DNA of 29,770 nucleotides from Fastidiosibacter lacustris (GTDB lineage Bacteria > Pseudomonadota > Gammaproteobacteria > Francisellales > Francisellaceae). The translations under genes and the position numbers were made by a program. The DNA lies in the NCBI RefSeq assembly GCF_003428155.1, contig NZ_QLIR01000021.1, positions 1-29,770 on the forward strand. The letters are read 5' to 3'. Shown one piece after another: positions 9,640 through 19,194 of this stretch (its first letter is position 1; the number at the start of each line of letters is the position of its first letter). The notes below the pieces were generated by a model, which saw only the letters and a program-made list of their open reading frames with translations, had not been told where the DNA came from and did not search any database.

Positions 9640-10082
9640 AATTTGTCTGATGGTTGCTTTTTAACGACAATTAGTATATACCCATCACAAACCATTTTAC
9701 AGCCTTTCTCGCTTTGCATTTGTGCTTTAAATTTTACTTATTGCGTGCTTTAACTTTATATGTTTCGAACTGTTCCTTTAGAGTTGCTAACTGTGCTTAT
9801 GTACATTTAGTGATATAGAACTAGATGAAATATACGTTACATTTGTTTCAATATAATCTGAGAGTATTTTTGTATTCTCCTAAGCAATATGCGCAATACT
9901 AAAGCTCGCCTGGCAATAATCACAGGGCTTAGTATGTTTGTGCTGTCACTTACCTTTCCTTGCTGCTTATATTTGGCATACTTACCACAGAAGCACAACT
10001 TTTATATTTTTTGTCTAGACATCTGGAATACATCGATGTATCGTTACAAGACTACATTGATAATCGTAGCTTGAACTTAAAA

Positions 10083-10349
10083 ATGGAAAAAAATTGGCAA
10101 AGCTTAATTAGAGTAATAAGAATTCTGAAATCTGATAATGAACTTAGTTTATTATTGGATTTTCTTTTTACGTTGGAAGAAAAACGTCAACTCAGTAATC
10201 GTTATGCCCTTGCCCAACAAATGGTCTTAGCACAAAAGTCACAACGTGAAATCGCTAAAGATCTGGGTGTTAGTATCAGCACAGTAACGCGTTGCTCTAA
10301 TGCACTAAAGTTATTACCTGATGAGATAAAACAAAAATTCAAACTATAA
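10083..10349 (+). CDS. trpR: Trp repressor family protein (TrpR-like), start refined from the longer ORF
   Basis: MEKNWQSLIRVIRILKSDNELSLLLDFLFTLEEKRQLSNRYALAQQMVLAQKSQREIAKDLGVSISTVTRCSNALK resembles TrpR (LLTPDERE...; SQRELKNELG.GIATITRGSN). The in-frame ATG at 10083 is the likely start. Confidence 0.75.
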   Translation: MEKNWQSLIRVIRILKSDNELSLLLDFLFTLEEKRQLSNRYALAQQMVLAQKSQREIAKDLGVSISTVTRCSNALKLLPDEIKQKFKL

Positions 10350-10370
10350 AAAACAAGAAGGAGTTTTAAT

Positions 10371-10868
10371 ATGGCTATTTCAGCGCTAACAAAAGTACAT
10401 CAAAACCAAGTTCAACAACTTTTTAATGATGTAAATTTTTTTAGCACTGAATGGTTTTTTAGTTCCAAGCAACTGTTTTTTGGATTTTTTAGTAACGAAC
10501 AACTCATTGGTGTTATCGGTGCTGAATTGCAACATAATATAGCCATGCTTAAAGCCTTAGTTATTACCAAAGAGCATCGCAATCAGGGCATTGCAAAGTA
10601 TTTACTTAATTATCTTGAAAATAAATTGATCGACGTAGGCATCAAAGAGCTGATTGCCTTGACGCGCTATGGTGCAAACTACCTTGAGTGCTCAGGCTTT
10701 AATCAAACTATTGTTGAAAAATTACCAAGCAAAATTGATACGTATTTGCAACTAAACTATCATTCAGATTTGATCATCATGAGGAAAAAATTGTTACAGT
10801 CAAAAAAGCATCTAACGCACCAAGATTCTCCTTGCTTCCTTCAACACACAATCTATCTTGCTGCGTAG
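10371..10868 (+). CDS. GNAT-family N-acetyltransferase
   Basis: 'LKALVITKEHRNQGIAKYLLNYLENKLIDVGIKELIALTRYGANYLECSGFNQ' is a GNAT acetyl-CoA-binding motif (Q/RxxGxG/A-like). An AAGGAGT ribosome-binding site lies upstream. Confidence 0.75.
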   Translation: MAISALTKVHQNQVQQLFNDVNFFSTEWFFSSKQLFFGFFSNEQLIGVIGAELQHNIAMLKALVITKEHRNQGIAKYLLNYLENKLIDVGIKELIALTRYGANYLECSGFNQTIVEKLPSKIDTYLQLNYHSDLIIMRKKLLQSKKHLTHQDSPCFLQHTIYLAA

Positions 10869-10982
10869 GTCAATAACAAACTTTTTGAATTGAGCTTTTA
10901 TCTAAATTGAGTTGAATTTAAATAAAAAGGAAATGAATTTCGGAGATACACGTTATCAAATGAATGAGATAAAAAAGTAGCG

Positions 10983-12086
10983 TCAAATAAGTTTTTTAAC
11001 TTCATCAACCAATTTTTCCACTGCATCGAGTTTCGCTACACCCTTGGCGTGACTAGACATATTTTCCAATTTAGAGCGATTTATGTCCATTGCACGAATA
11101 AAAGCCGCGAGCTTTTGTGCATTAAAATGCTCCTCACGCATGCAAATAGCAGCCTCCGCTTGCACTAGGAATTGTGCATTATGATATTGATGATCATCAA
11201 CAGCTTCTGCAAAAGGTACAAAAAAAGCAGGGACGCCTACACTTGCAATTTCCGACACCGTTAATGCTCCAGCACGACATACAATAATATCTGCCCATTG
11301 ATAAGCTTGCGCCATATCGTTAATAAAAGGTTCTACTTTGAGCTCACATTTATAATCGATATTAAGTGCTTGATAAGTACTCATCGTCTCAGCAAAACCT
11401 TTTTCTCCTGTCTGATGCCAAATGTTAACACAGGCTTCACGTGGCAAAGCTTTAATAAATTTAGGCACCACATCATTGAGTACTTTAGCACCTTGACTAC
11501 CGCCTAAGACAAGAACGTTCAGAATATGTTTATAAAAGTCACGTGACTGATTATGCAAATTACGTATTTCACTGCGTATTGGATTGCCGATAACCTCAAC
11601 AATTGACTTTGTTTTAAAACCGCTAGTAGGAAATGCACACAACACTTTTTTAGCAAATTTTGCCAACATCTTGTTGGTCATACCAGGATTGGCGTTTTGT
11701 TCATGAATAATCAATGGAATATTAAGTAGTTTTGCCGCAATCCCACCAGGTCCAGAAGCATAACCACCAAAGCCTAAGACACAATTTGTCTTGCGCCTTC
11801 TTAGAATTATCATTGCACGTAATACAGCTAAGGATAATTGAAAAGAAAACAATAATTTTTTCTTTAGACCTTTGTTGCGTACTCCACCAATTTTTAAAAA
11901 ATCTAGTGGATATTGGTTGGCAACTATTTTTTTTTCTAAACCATATTGGGTCCCAAACCAGAAAATATTGGCGCCTTGTTCTGACAAATGCTTTGCCACT
12001 GCAAGTGCTGGAAAAATATGTCCTCCAGTTCCCCCTGCCATCACCACGATATTCTTACCACTTACGACATCTGTTTGCTGCTGCAT
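10983..12086 (-). CDS. murG: UDP-N-acetylglucosamine--N-acetylmuramyl-(pentapeptide) pyrophosphoryl-undecaprenol N-acetylglucosamine transferase
   Basis: VVMAGGTGGHIFPALAVAKHL, GFGGYASGPGGIAAKLLNIPLIIHEQNANPGMTNK, VLGGSQGA, CRAGALTVSEIA. Confidence 0.95.
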   Translation of the reverse strand: MQQQTDVVSGKNIVVMAGGTGGHIFPALAVAKHLSEQGANIFWFGTQYGLEKKIVANQYPLDFLKIGGVRNKGLKKKLLFSFQLSLAVLRAMIILRRRKTNCVLGFGGYASGPGGIAAKLLNIPLIIHEQNANPGMTNKMLAKFAKKVLCAFPTSGFKTKSIVEVIGNPIRSEIRNLHNQSRDFYKHILNVLVLGGSQGAKVLNDVVPKFIKALPREACVNIWHQTGEKGFAETMSTYQALNIDYKCELKVEPFINDMAQAYQWADIIVCRAGALTVSEIASVGVPAFFVPFAEAVDDHQYHNAQFLVQAEAAICMREEHFNAQKLAAFIRAMDINRSKLENMSSHAKGVAKLDAVEKLVDEVKKLI

Positions 12087-12337
12087 CCACTTAAACCCTG
12101 CTTTATAAAAAATAGCTATGAAAATAATTGCTCTTTACTCTTTGTTTCAATCAAAGAATACTACAGTTTGTGTAGCCAAGTATAAATAGTTGATCCTTAT
12201 TGTACCTGATAGCTTTCAAGGCACCAATGATTTCTTAGCTATCGCAAAATAACTTTACTGCTATTTTGGCTAAATCTTTAATGGCATTACATGACTCAAA
12301 AGGTTAAGATTTTTTGTAAAAAGTACGGAGTATTTAG

Positions 12338-13615
12338 ATGAATATATTAGTAGTTGGGAACGGTGGTCGTGAACATGCACTTGCTTGGAAATTGGCTCAA
12401 TCTCCTCATGCAACCCACGTTTATGTTGCTCCTGGTAATGCTGGGACTGAAAAAGAAGAAAAAGTAAGCAATATCAATATCGCTGCAACCGATATTCTAC
12501 ACTTGATTAATTTTGCTAAAGACAATGAAATTGAACTCACAGTTGTGGGTCCTGAAGTACCTTTGAGTCTTGGTATTGTAGATCAATTTGAAGCACATGG
12601 CTTAAATTGTCTAGGTCCTAAACAGCAATGTGCACAACTTGAATCTTCGAAGGTTTTTAGTAAAAACTTCATGGCAAAATATAATATTCCTACTGCGCGG
12701 TACCAAAATTTCAAGGATAGCCAAAAAGCTAAAGCTTATGTTGATGAAATGGATTCTCCGATTGTTATTAAAGCTAGTGGACTTGCTGCTGGCAAGGGTG
12801 TAATCATTGCGCAAACCAAAGAACAAGCGTATCACACGATAGAAGACATGCTTGAGGGTAATAAATTTGGAGATGCAGGTTGTGAGATTGTCATTGAGGA
12901 GTTTTTAGACGGTGAAGAAGCAAGTTTCATCGTATTATGTGATGGTACCCATGCACTTGCGATGGCTAGTTCACAAGATCATAAAGCACGCGATAATGGT
13001 GATCAAGGTCCTAATACAGGCGGGATGGGTGCCTACTCACCCGCTCCGATTGTAACACGCGATGTTCACGACAAAGTAATGCACACCATTATCCAACCTG
13101 TACTAGATGGTATGAAAAATGAAGGGGAAGTATATAAAGGTTTCTTGTATGCAGGTCTTATGATTATGCCAAATGGTGAAATCAAGACACTTGAGTATAA
13201 CTGTCGTTTTGGTGATCCTGAGACCCAACCTATCATGATGCGTTTGGAGTCAGACTTGGTTGAACTTGCTTTTGCAGCGCTCAATGAAGAATTAGATGGC
13301 TATGAGGTCAGTTGGAGCAATAAAACTGCGCTAGGGGTTGTGATGGCAGCAGGTGGCTATCCTGATCAGTGCAAAACCGGTGACATTATCACAGGACTTG
13401 ACCAAGATGATGGTGTTAATACCAAAATTTTTCACGCCAGCACTAAACGTCAAGATTGCAGTATCTTCACCAATGGTGGTCGTGTTTTATGTGTCGTTGC
13501 GCTGGGTGAACATGTTGAAGATGCCTATCACAATGCTTATGATCTTGTTAATAAAATTACTTGGAACAATGAGTATCATCGTACCGATATTGGTAAAAGA
13601 GCTTTTGTTAAGTAA
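12338..13615 (+). CDS. purD: Phosphoribosylamine--glycine ligase
   Basis: MNILVVGNGGREHALAWKLAQSP, GPEVPLSLGIVDQF, SGLAAGKGVIIA, MGAYSPAP, EYNCRFGDPETQPIM. Confidence 0.96.
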   Translation: MNILVVGNGGREHALAWKLAQSPHATHVYVAPGNAGTEKEEKVSNINIAATDILHLINFAKDNEIELTVVGPEVPLSLGIVDQFEAHGLNCLGPKQQCAQLESSKVFSKNFMAKYNIPTARYQNFKDSQKAKAYVDEMDSPIVIKASGLAAGKGVIIAQTKEQAYHTIEDMLEGNKFGDAGCEIVIEEFLDGEEASFIVLCDGTHALAMASSQDHKARDNGDQGPNTGGMGAYSPAPIVTRDVHDKVMHTIIQPVLDGMKNEGEVYKGFLYAGLMIMPNGEIKTLEYNCRFGDPETQPIMMRLESDLVELAFAALNEELDGYEVSWSNKTALGVVMAAGGYPDQCKTGDIITGLDQDDGVNTKIFHASTKRQDCSIFTNGGRVLCVVALGEHVEDAYHNAYDLVNKITWNNEYHRTDIGKRAFVK

Positions 13616-13739
13616 TGTCAATTTATATACCGATTACATATGACTAAAATTTAATTAATCTAAAAAATATGGTTGTATTGATCAGCAAGATTCAGTTACG
13701 ATTGTTTTACAATGTTTGACTAAATGGAGGCAATACAAC

Positions 13740-13919
13740 ATGGAGCTCAATGAAAACAATAAAAATAAAAGCCAACTCAATGAGTTTAATGTGCTAATGC
13801 AAGAAGCAGAATCAATGCTCAGAATGGGCGTACCAGTTTCAGTCGTTGCGAAAACATTGGGTATTTCTATAAATAAGATTAGACACTTAAGAAACGAGCG
13901 TAGCAATAATAATGAATAA
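13740..13919 (+). CDS. Small putative helix-turn-helix protein (59 aa)
   Basis: ATG at 13740 is preceded by GGAGG. The sequence ...AESMLRMGVPVSVVAKTLGISINKIRHLRNERSNNNE has an HTH-like pattern. Confidence 0.5.
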   Translation: MELNENNKNKSQLNEFNVLMQEAESMLRMGVPVSVVAKTLGISINKIRHLRNERSNNNE

Positions 13920-13926
13920 CGCTAGA

Positions 13927-15342
13927 TTAGCTCAGTTTCTTAAGCAATATTTCGTTAACTTGCTTGGGATTGGCTTGTCCTTTACTACCTTTCATGATTT
14001 GACCGACAAAAAAACTTAAAAGTTTACTGTTGCCTGCTTGATAGTCCGCAACTTGTTTAGGGTTGTTAGCAATAATTTCATCAACTAATGCTTCTATTAG
14101 TGAGCTATCATTACTTTGACGAATGCCTAGTTTATCAATAATAGTTTGAATTGCATCTGATCTTTCATAATAGCTTTGCAAAACAGCTTTAGCAGATTTA
14201 AGCGATATTTCATCTTTATCAACACATTGAATGATTTCAAACAACGTATTAACTGAGATTTTATGCGTATCAAAAGTGCTTTGTGCACGATTAAATAGAG
14301 CTTGTAATTCGATCCCAACCCAATTATAAGCAACTCTTGGTGTGGTTTTTGTGACAAGCGCATCATAGTAATTGGCAATGTCAGGATTATCCATTAAGAA
14401 ATTAACTTCATCTTCATTTAAATCTTTTTGATATTGGATACGGCGCAACCTAGGTAACAATGGCATCTGTGCTTTAATTAAATCGATATCCTGTTGGGTA
14501 ATCAATATAGGCAGTAAATCTGGATCTGGGAAGTAACGATAATCAAAAGCATTTTCCTTATTACGCATACTGCGTGTTTCATTTCTATCTGGATCATATA
14601 AACGCGTTTCTTGAATAACTTTTTGACCTTGTTCAAGCATTTTTATTTGACGCTTATATTCATAAGCAATAGCACTTTCAATAAAGCGAAAAGAATTGAT
14701 ATTTTTAAGCTCTACTCTTGTGCCAAAAGGCTCTTTTTGTTTATGCACAGATAGGTTCACATCACATCTAAATGAGCCTTCTTGCATATTACCATCACAA
14801 ATACCTAAGTGTTGAACAAGTTGATGCAAGTCCTTAAGATAACAAATGACTTCTGTGCTGCTGCTAAAGTCAGGATGGGTTACGATTTCTAATAATGGTG
14901 TCCCAGCGCGATTGTAATCTAATCCTGTTTGATCACCAATGAAATCATGTATTGATTTACCTGCATCTTCTTCTAAATGTGCACGCTCAATTCGAATGAG
15001 TTTACTTCCATTGGAAGTTGTTATTTCTAATATACCATTTTGGACAATCGGATTACTAGATTGACTAATCTGATAACCTTTAGCTAGGTCAGGATAAAAA
15101 TAATTTTTTCGAGCAAAAAAACTATTTTTAGAAATTTTTGCATCGGTCGCAAGTCCAAACATTATTGCCATTTCAATTGTCTTTTTATTGACTACAGGTA
15201 AAGTACCAGGTAAAGCAATGTCAACGAAACTAACTTGTGTATTAGGTTTTTGTCCGTATAAAGTTGCGGCATTAGAAAAAATCTTGGATACTGTTTTAAG
15301 TTGAACGTGCACTTCAAGCCCAATCACCATTTGATAACTCAT
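13927..15342 (-). CDS. gatB: Aspartyl/glutamyl-tRNA(Asn/Gln) amidotransferase subunit B
   Basis: MSYQMVIGLEVHVQLKTVSKIFSNA, NLNNINSFRF-like ELKNINSFRFIESAI, YRYFPDPDLLPI. The start is moved to 15342 because it has an AAGGAG at good spacing and makes an ATGA overlap with the gatA stop. Confidence 0.95.
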   Translation of the reverse strand: MSYQMVIGLEVHVQLKTVSKIFSNAATLYGQKPNTQVSFVDIALPGTLPVVNKKTIEMAIMFGLATDAKISKNSFFARKNYFYPDLAKGYQISQSSNPIVQNGILEITTSNGSKLIRIERAHLEEDAGKSIHDFIGDQTGLDYNRAGTPLLEIVTHPDFSSSTEVICYLKDLHQLVQHLGICDGNMQEGSFRCDVNLSVHKQKEPFGTRVELKNINSFRFIESAIAYEYKRQIKMLEQGQKVIQETRLYDPDRNETRSMRNKENAFDYRYFPDPDLLPILITQQDIDLIKAQMPLLPRLRRIQYQKDLNEDEVNFLMDNPDIANYYDALVTKTTPRVAYNWVGIELQALFNRAQSTFDTHKISVNTLFEIIQCVDKDEISLKSAKAVLQSYYERSDAIQTIIDKLGIRQSNDSSLIEALVDEIIANNPKQVADYQAGNSKLLSFFVGQIMKGSKGQANPKQVNEILLKKLS

Positions 15343-16790
15343 GCACATACTCCTTGTAAGAGTGGTTGTGGTTGATGAAAATTAGTGACCTGTTGAAAAG
15401 TACTTACTACTTGGAGCAATAAATGATCATTAAAATTATTGGCCATCAGTTGCGCACCAAATGGTAAATTATCTATCTTCCCGATAGGAAAGGATATGGC
15501 AGGCGCGCCAGTTAGGTTAGCAATAAGTGTATACATATCAGAAAGATAAGTGCTAACAGGATCGGTTTGAGTACCAATTTTTGGTGCTGTTGTCGCTGCT
15601 ATTGGCAACAAAATAACGTCGACCTGTTGATAAAGAGCATCAAAGTTGGCTTTAAGTTGACTACGAATTTGTTGTGCTTTGTGGTAATAGGCATCGTATT
15701 GACTTGCTGCTAACACATAGTTACCGATAACAATACGGCGCTTAACTTCTTGACCGAAACCTTCCGTTCTAGTGTTGATATATAGCTCATCCAGAGTATG
15801 CGCCTGTGGACTCCTATAGCCGTAACGTACACCATCAAAACGTGCTAAGTTTGTTGCTGCTTCTGCTGGAGCCAAAATATAGTAGCTTGAAACAGCATGC
15901 TCTAGGTTAGGTAGCTTAATTGACCTAATTTTAGCGCCTAGCGTCTTGTAATCATTGATACAGTTTTGTAAAAGTTGTTGCGCTTGTGGTGAGAGCATGG
16001 AAAGCATAGCTTCATCAATACCAATACGTATGTTGTATATATTTTGATCAATAGTTTGAGTAAAGAAATCAGGAGAGGTTAGAATACTTGTACTATCTTT
16101 ATCGTCTTGCCCAGCCATAGTTTGTAAAAGATAAGCGCAATCTTTGGCAAAATGCGTTAATATTCCCACTTGATCTAAAGAAGAACCGTAAGCAATAAGT
16201 CCAAAACGAGAAAGTGTACCATAGCTTGGCTTCATCCCGGTAATACCACAAAATCCAGCAGGTTGTCTGACTGAACCGCCTGTATCGCTGCCTGTTGCAA
16301 ACGGCGTTAACATTGCAGCAACAGAAGCGGCAGAACCACCAGACGAACCACCTGGTACGCATTCAAGCTGATAGGGGTTTTTTGCCGCTCCAAAATAGCT
16401 ATTTTCATTGCTAGAGCCCATGCCAAACTCATCCATATTAGTTTTGCCAAGCAAGATCATCCCACTTTTTTCCAGTTTATCAACAATGGTTGCATTAAAA
16501 GGAGAATGATAATTGTACAAAATTTTAGATGCACAGGTTGTTGTTAAAATATTGGTACATAGATTATCTTTATGTGCAATTGGAATTCCTGTTAATAAGT
16601 TTTGCTTCCCTTGTGCAATTATATTATCGGCTTTTTGAGCTTGTTTGATGGCATGTTGATAATTAATTGAGGTAAAGGTATTTAGTATTGGATTATATTT
16701 TGTAATAAGGTTTAAATATTTCTGTGTTAGTTCACTTGCACTGATGACTTTGTTGTCTAACCTTTGCCGAAGTTGTTGTAATATGCTCAT
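15339..16790 (-). CDS. gatA: Aspartyl/glutamyl-tRNA(Asn/Gln) amidotransferase subunit A
   Basis: GIPIAHKDNLCT, SKILYNYHSPFNATIVDKL, ECVPGGSSGGSAASVAAMLTPFATGSDTGGSVRQPAGFCGITGMKPSYG (amidase signature). Confidence 0.96.
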   Translation of the reverse strand: MSILQQLRQRLDNKVISASELTQKYLNLITKYNPILNTFTSINYQHAIKQAQKADNIIAQGKQNLLTGIPIAHKDNLCTNILTTTCASKILYNYHSPFNATIVDKLEKSGMILLGKTNMDEFGMGSSNENSYFGAAKNPYQLECVPGGSSGGSAASVAAMLTPFATGSDTGGSVRQPAGFCGITGMKPSYGTLSRFGLIAYGSSLDQVGILTHFAKDCAYLLQTMAGQDDKDSTSILTSPDFFTQTIDQNIYNIRIGIDEAMLSMLSPQAQQLLQNCINDYKTLGAKIRSIKLPNLEHAVSSYYILAPAEAATNLARFDGVRYGYRSPQAHTLDELYINTRTEGFGQEVKRRIVIGNYVLAASQYDAYYHKAQQIRSQLKANFDALYQQVDVILLPIAATTAPKIGTQTDPVSTYLSDMYTLIANLTGAPAISFPIGKIDNLPFGAQLMANNFNDHLLLQVVSTFQQVTNFHQPQPLLQGVCA

Positions 16791-16804
16791 ATCTTTAACC
16801 TTTT

Positions 16805-17092
16805 TTATTCAATGACTTTTGGAACGATAAAGTGATGTGCTTCGTATTTAGGTGCAATTTCTTTGAAATATGGTTCGCTATGTTGTTCGATTGCATTGTC
16901 TTGACGTGCAATAAAATGACTTGTTAAAGGTGAAATCATTGCTGGAACACCTGTGGTATCAACGTTTTGAATGTTGTCGAACAGCTTAATGATATTATTA
17001 AGGTCCGCTTCAAATTTGCTAAGTTCACTTTCATCTGCATCGAGCTTAGACAAGGCAAGTATATGTTTTAATTGTTGTTGCGAAATCGCCAT
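16805..17092 (-). CDS. gatC: Aspartyl/glutamyl-tRNA(Asn/Gln) amidotransferase subunit C
   Basis: 95-aa ORF directly upstream of gatA: LKHILALSKLDADESELSKFEADLNNIIKLFDNIQNVDTTGVPAM, typical GatC. Confidence 0.93.
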   Translation of the reverse strand: MAISQQQLKHILALSKLDADESELSKFEADLNNIIKLFDNIQNVDTTGVPAMISPLTSHFIARQDNAIEQHSEPYFKEIAPKYEAHHFIVPKVIE

Positions 17093-17282
17093 GACACCTT
17101 TCCAAATCAGTTGAGTAGAAGTAGTTTATAATAACATTGTTGATTACAGCATGGAATGATCGTTATGAGTGAAAATTATTGCATCCAAAGATGTTTCTAT
17201 GTAACTGATTGACAAACCTCAAAAACAAGCGCAATCTTGGTGATCAAATTCCTTATTTTGGTATCAAGCCTGTCCATTTAAA

Positions 17283-18764
17283 ATGAAAGAGCTTAGAATA
17301 TTGATTGACAGTCCAGAAGCATGGACACCTTATTTCCCAAGTGATAATGTAGTTTTAATAAAAGATTACTTAATGACCCGAGAAGAAAAAAGCTATTATT
17401 TAATTAACCTTTCAGAGAATATCTCTTATTTGGGTCAAGGATATTATGCCTCACTTTTGGCAGAAGCCAATGGTGATCGCGTTATTCCTAGTGTAAATAC
17501 GCTTAATAATTTGCAACATTTAGATGATTTGTCGTTTAGCTTGTTTAATATTCGTTTGAGTAATGCTTGCCTTGAAACACTAGATAGAATTGCTGTTGAT
17601 AATGAAGCTCAAATCAAAATTTATTTTGGTCAAAGTGAACAACAAAGTTTCAATAAACTAGCACGCAAGATTTTTGATATTTATGATATTCCAATACTAA
17701 AGCTTGTTTTTGAAAAACGACTTGATATATGGCAAATAAAGGGATTGCAAGTTGTTCCGATAAAAGCGTTAAATGATGTAGAAGAGACTTTTTTCGCCCA
17801 AACTTTGAGTGAGTTTAGCACGAAAGTATGGCGTAAGCCGCGACTAAGAAAGCAATATCGCTACGAAATGGCAATTTTAGTTGATCCAAAAGAAGTACTG
17901 CCACCAAGCAATAATAAAGCCATTAAAAAATTTATTCATGCAGGGCGTGAGCTTGGAGTGGATATTGATTTGATTACCAAACAAGATTATGCAAGATTGC
18001 CAGAATACGATGGGTTATTTATTCGTACTACAACAGCGATTAATCATTACAGCTATGCCTTTGCCAAAAAAGCAGAAGAAAATAACTTAGTGGTCATGGA
18101 TAGCACACAAACAATCATGCGTTGCACCAACAAGGTGTACCTTCATAACTTAATGGAAAAAAATAAAATTTTGATGCCTGAATCTTATTTTGTGTTTCGT
18201 GATCAAGAGCCTTTAAATAGCGATGAACTAATTGAAAAACTAGGCTTACCAATGGTATTAAAAATTCCAGATGGTTCGTTTTCTCAAGGAGTTAAGAAAG
18301 TAAATGATAGAAAAGAACTTAATCAATTGTTAGATAAAATGCTGGCACAGTCATCAATTATTATTGCACAAAAATACCACTACACTGATTACGATTGGCG
18401 CATTGGGATTTTGAATAACAAACCATTGTATGCTTGTAAATATTACATGGCGCCTAACCATTGGCAAATTGTCAATCACAACAAGAAGTACATTACGGCT
18501 GGTCCTGCTGAGGCTTTTGGCATTCATCAAGTACCAAAGGATGTGATTAAAATAGCGATAAAAGCGTGCCGTTTGATTGGAACGGATTTATATGGTGCTG
18601 ATATTAAAGTTATCGATAATAAGCCCTGTATTATAGAAATAAATGATAATCCATCATTAGATCATCCTTGGGAAGATGCGTATTTGGATGATGAATTATA
18701 CAGCAGAATCATATTGGAGTTTGTTAATCGCATGGAGTATAAGCGGGTGCATTATGGCGATTAG
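17283..18764 (+). CDS. RimK family ATP-grasp protein with RLAN-type N-terminal domain
   Basis: N-terminal 'SYYLINLSENISYLGQGYYASLLAEANGDRVIPSVNTLNNLQ'. C-terminal ATP-grasp 'PMVLKIPDGSFSQGVKKV', 'IIAQKYHYTDYDWRIGILNNKPLYACKYYM', 'ADIKVIDNKPCIIEINDNPSLDH'. Confidence 0.85.
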   Translation: MKELRILIDSPEAWTPYFPSDNVVLIKDYLMTREEKSYYLINLSENISYLGQGYYASLLAEANGDRVIPSVNTLNNLQHLDDLSFSLFNIRLSNACLETLDRIAVDNEAQIKIYFGQSEQQSFNKLARKIFDIYDIPILKLVFEKRLDIWQIKGLQVVPIKALNDVEETFFAQTLSEFSTKVWRKPRLRKQYRYEMAILVDPKEVLPPSNNKAIKKFIHAGRELGVDIDLITKQDYARLPEYDGLFIRTTTAINHYSYAFAKKAEENNLVVMDSTQTIMRCTNKVYLHNLMEKNKILMPESYFVFRDQEPLNSDELIEKLGLPMVLKIPDGSFSQGVKKVNDRKELNQLLDKMLAQSSIIIAQKYHYTDYDWRIGILNNKPLYACKYYMAPNHWQIVNHNKKYITAGPAEAFGIHQVPKDVIKIAIKACRLIGTDLYGADIKVIDNKPCIIEINDNPSLDHPWEDAYLDDELYSRIILEFVNRMEYKRVHYGD

Positions 18765-19194
18765 TTTTCGTTTGGCAACAGCTGATGACATACCTGCATT
18801 GGTAGAGCTCGAAAACACCTTATTTAATACAGATCAGATCAGTAAACGTCAGTTTTACTATCATATCCATTCCAAACGTAACTTTTTATGGATAGTAAAA
18901 GAAGAAGCGAAACTTATTGCTTATATGTTAGTATTTATGCGTCGTAAAAGCGCGCGAATTTATTCGCTTGCAGTATCAAAAACTTGTCATGGAAAAGGCG
19001 TTGGAAGTGCGTTATTAATGAAATTATTCGAGGAGTTGCCAGCAGCAAATATTAGTAAAGTAGGGCTAGAGGTTAATATCAATAATCAAGTCGCGATTCG
19101 TTTATACTTAAAACTTGGCTTTAAGATCGTAAAAACACGGATGCACTATTACTTAAATGGTGATCATGCCTATAAAATGTATAAGTTTTTATAA
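18754..19194 (+). CDS. GNAT-family N-acetyltransferase coupled to the ATP-grasp gene
   Basis: MAISFRLATADDIPALVELENTLFNTDQIS...YSLAVSKTCHGKGVGSALLMKLFEELPAANISKVGLEVNINNQVAIRLYLKLGFKIVKTRMHYYLNGDHAYKM resembles the RimI type. The ATG at 18754 overlaps the upstream gene by 11 nt. Confidence 0.85.
   Translation: MAISFRLATADDIPALVELENTLFNTDQISKRQFYYHIHSKRNFLWIVKEEAKLIAYMLVFMRRKSARIYSLAVSKTCHGKGVGSALLMKLFEELPAANISKVGLEVNINNQVAIRLYLKLGFKIVKTRMHYYLNGDHAYKMYKFL

Noticed and set aside
9889-10074. 61-aa ORF with a hydrophobic N-terminus upstream of trpR
   Set aside because: No clear RBS; it overlaps the 5' extension of the TrpR ORF. Most likely non-coding.
9960-10082. 41-aa N-terminal extension of the TrpR-like ORF
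   Set aside because: TrpR similarity begins at about MEKNWQSLIRV (10083); the extension has no similarity to the family.
12087-12337. Possible purine riboswitch upstream of purD
   Set aside because: No recognisable conserved purine aptamer or PurR-like palindrome could be seen by eye.
16099-16362. 87-aa plus-strand ORF antisense to gatA
   Set aside because: Antisense shadow of a strongly conserved gene.
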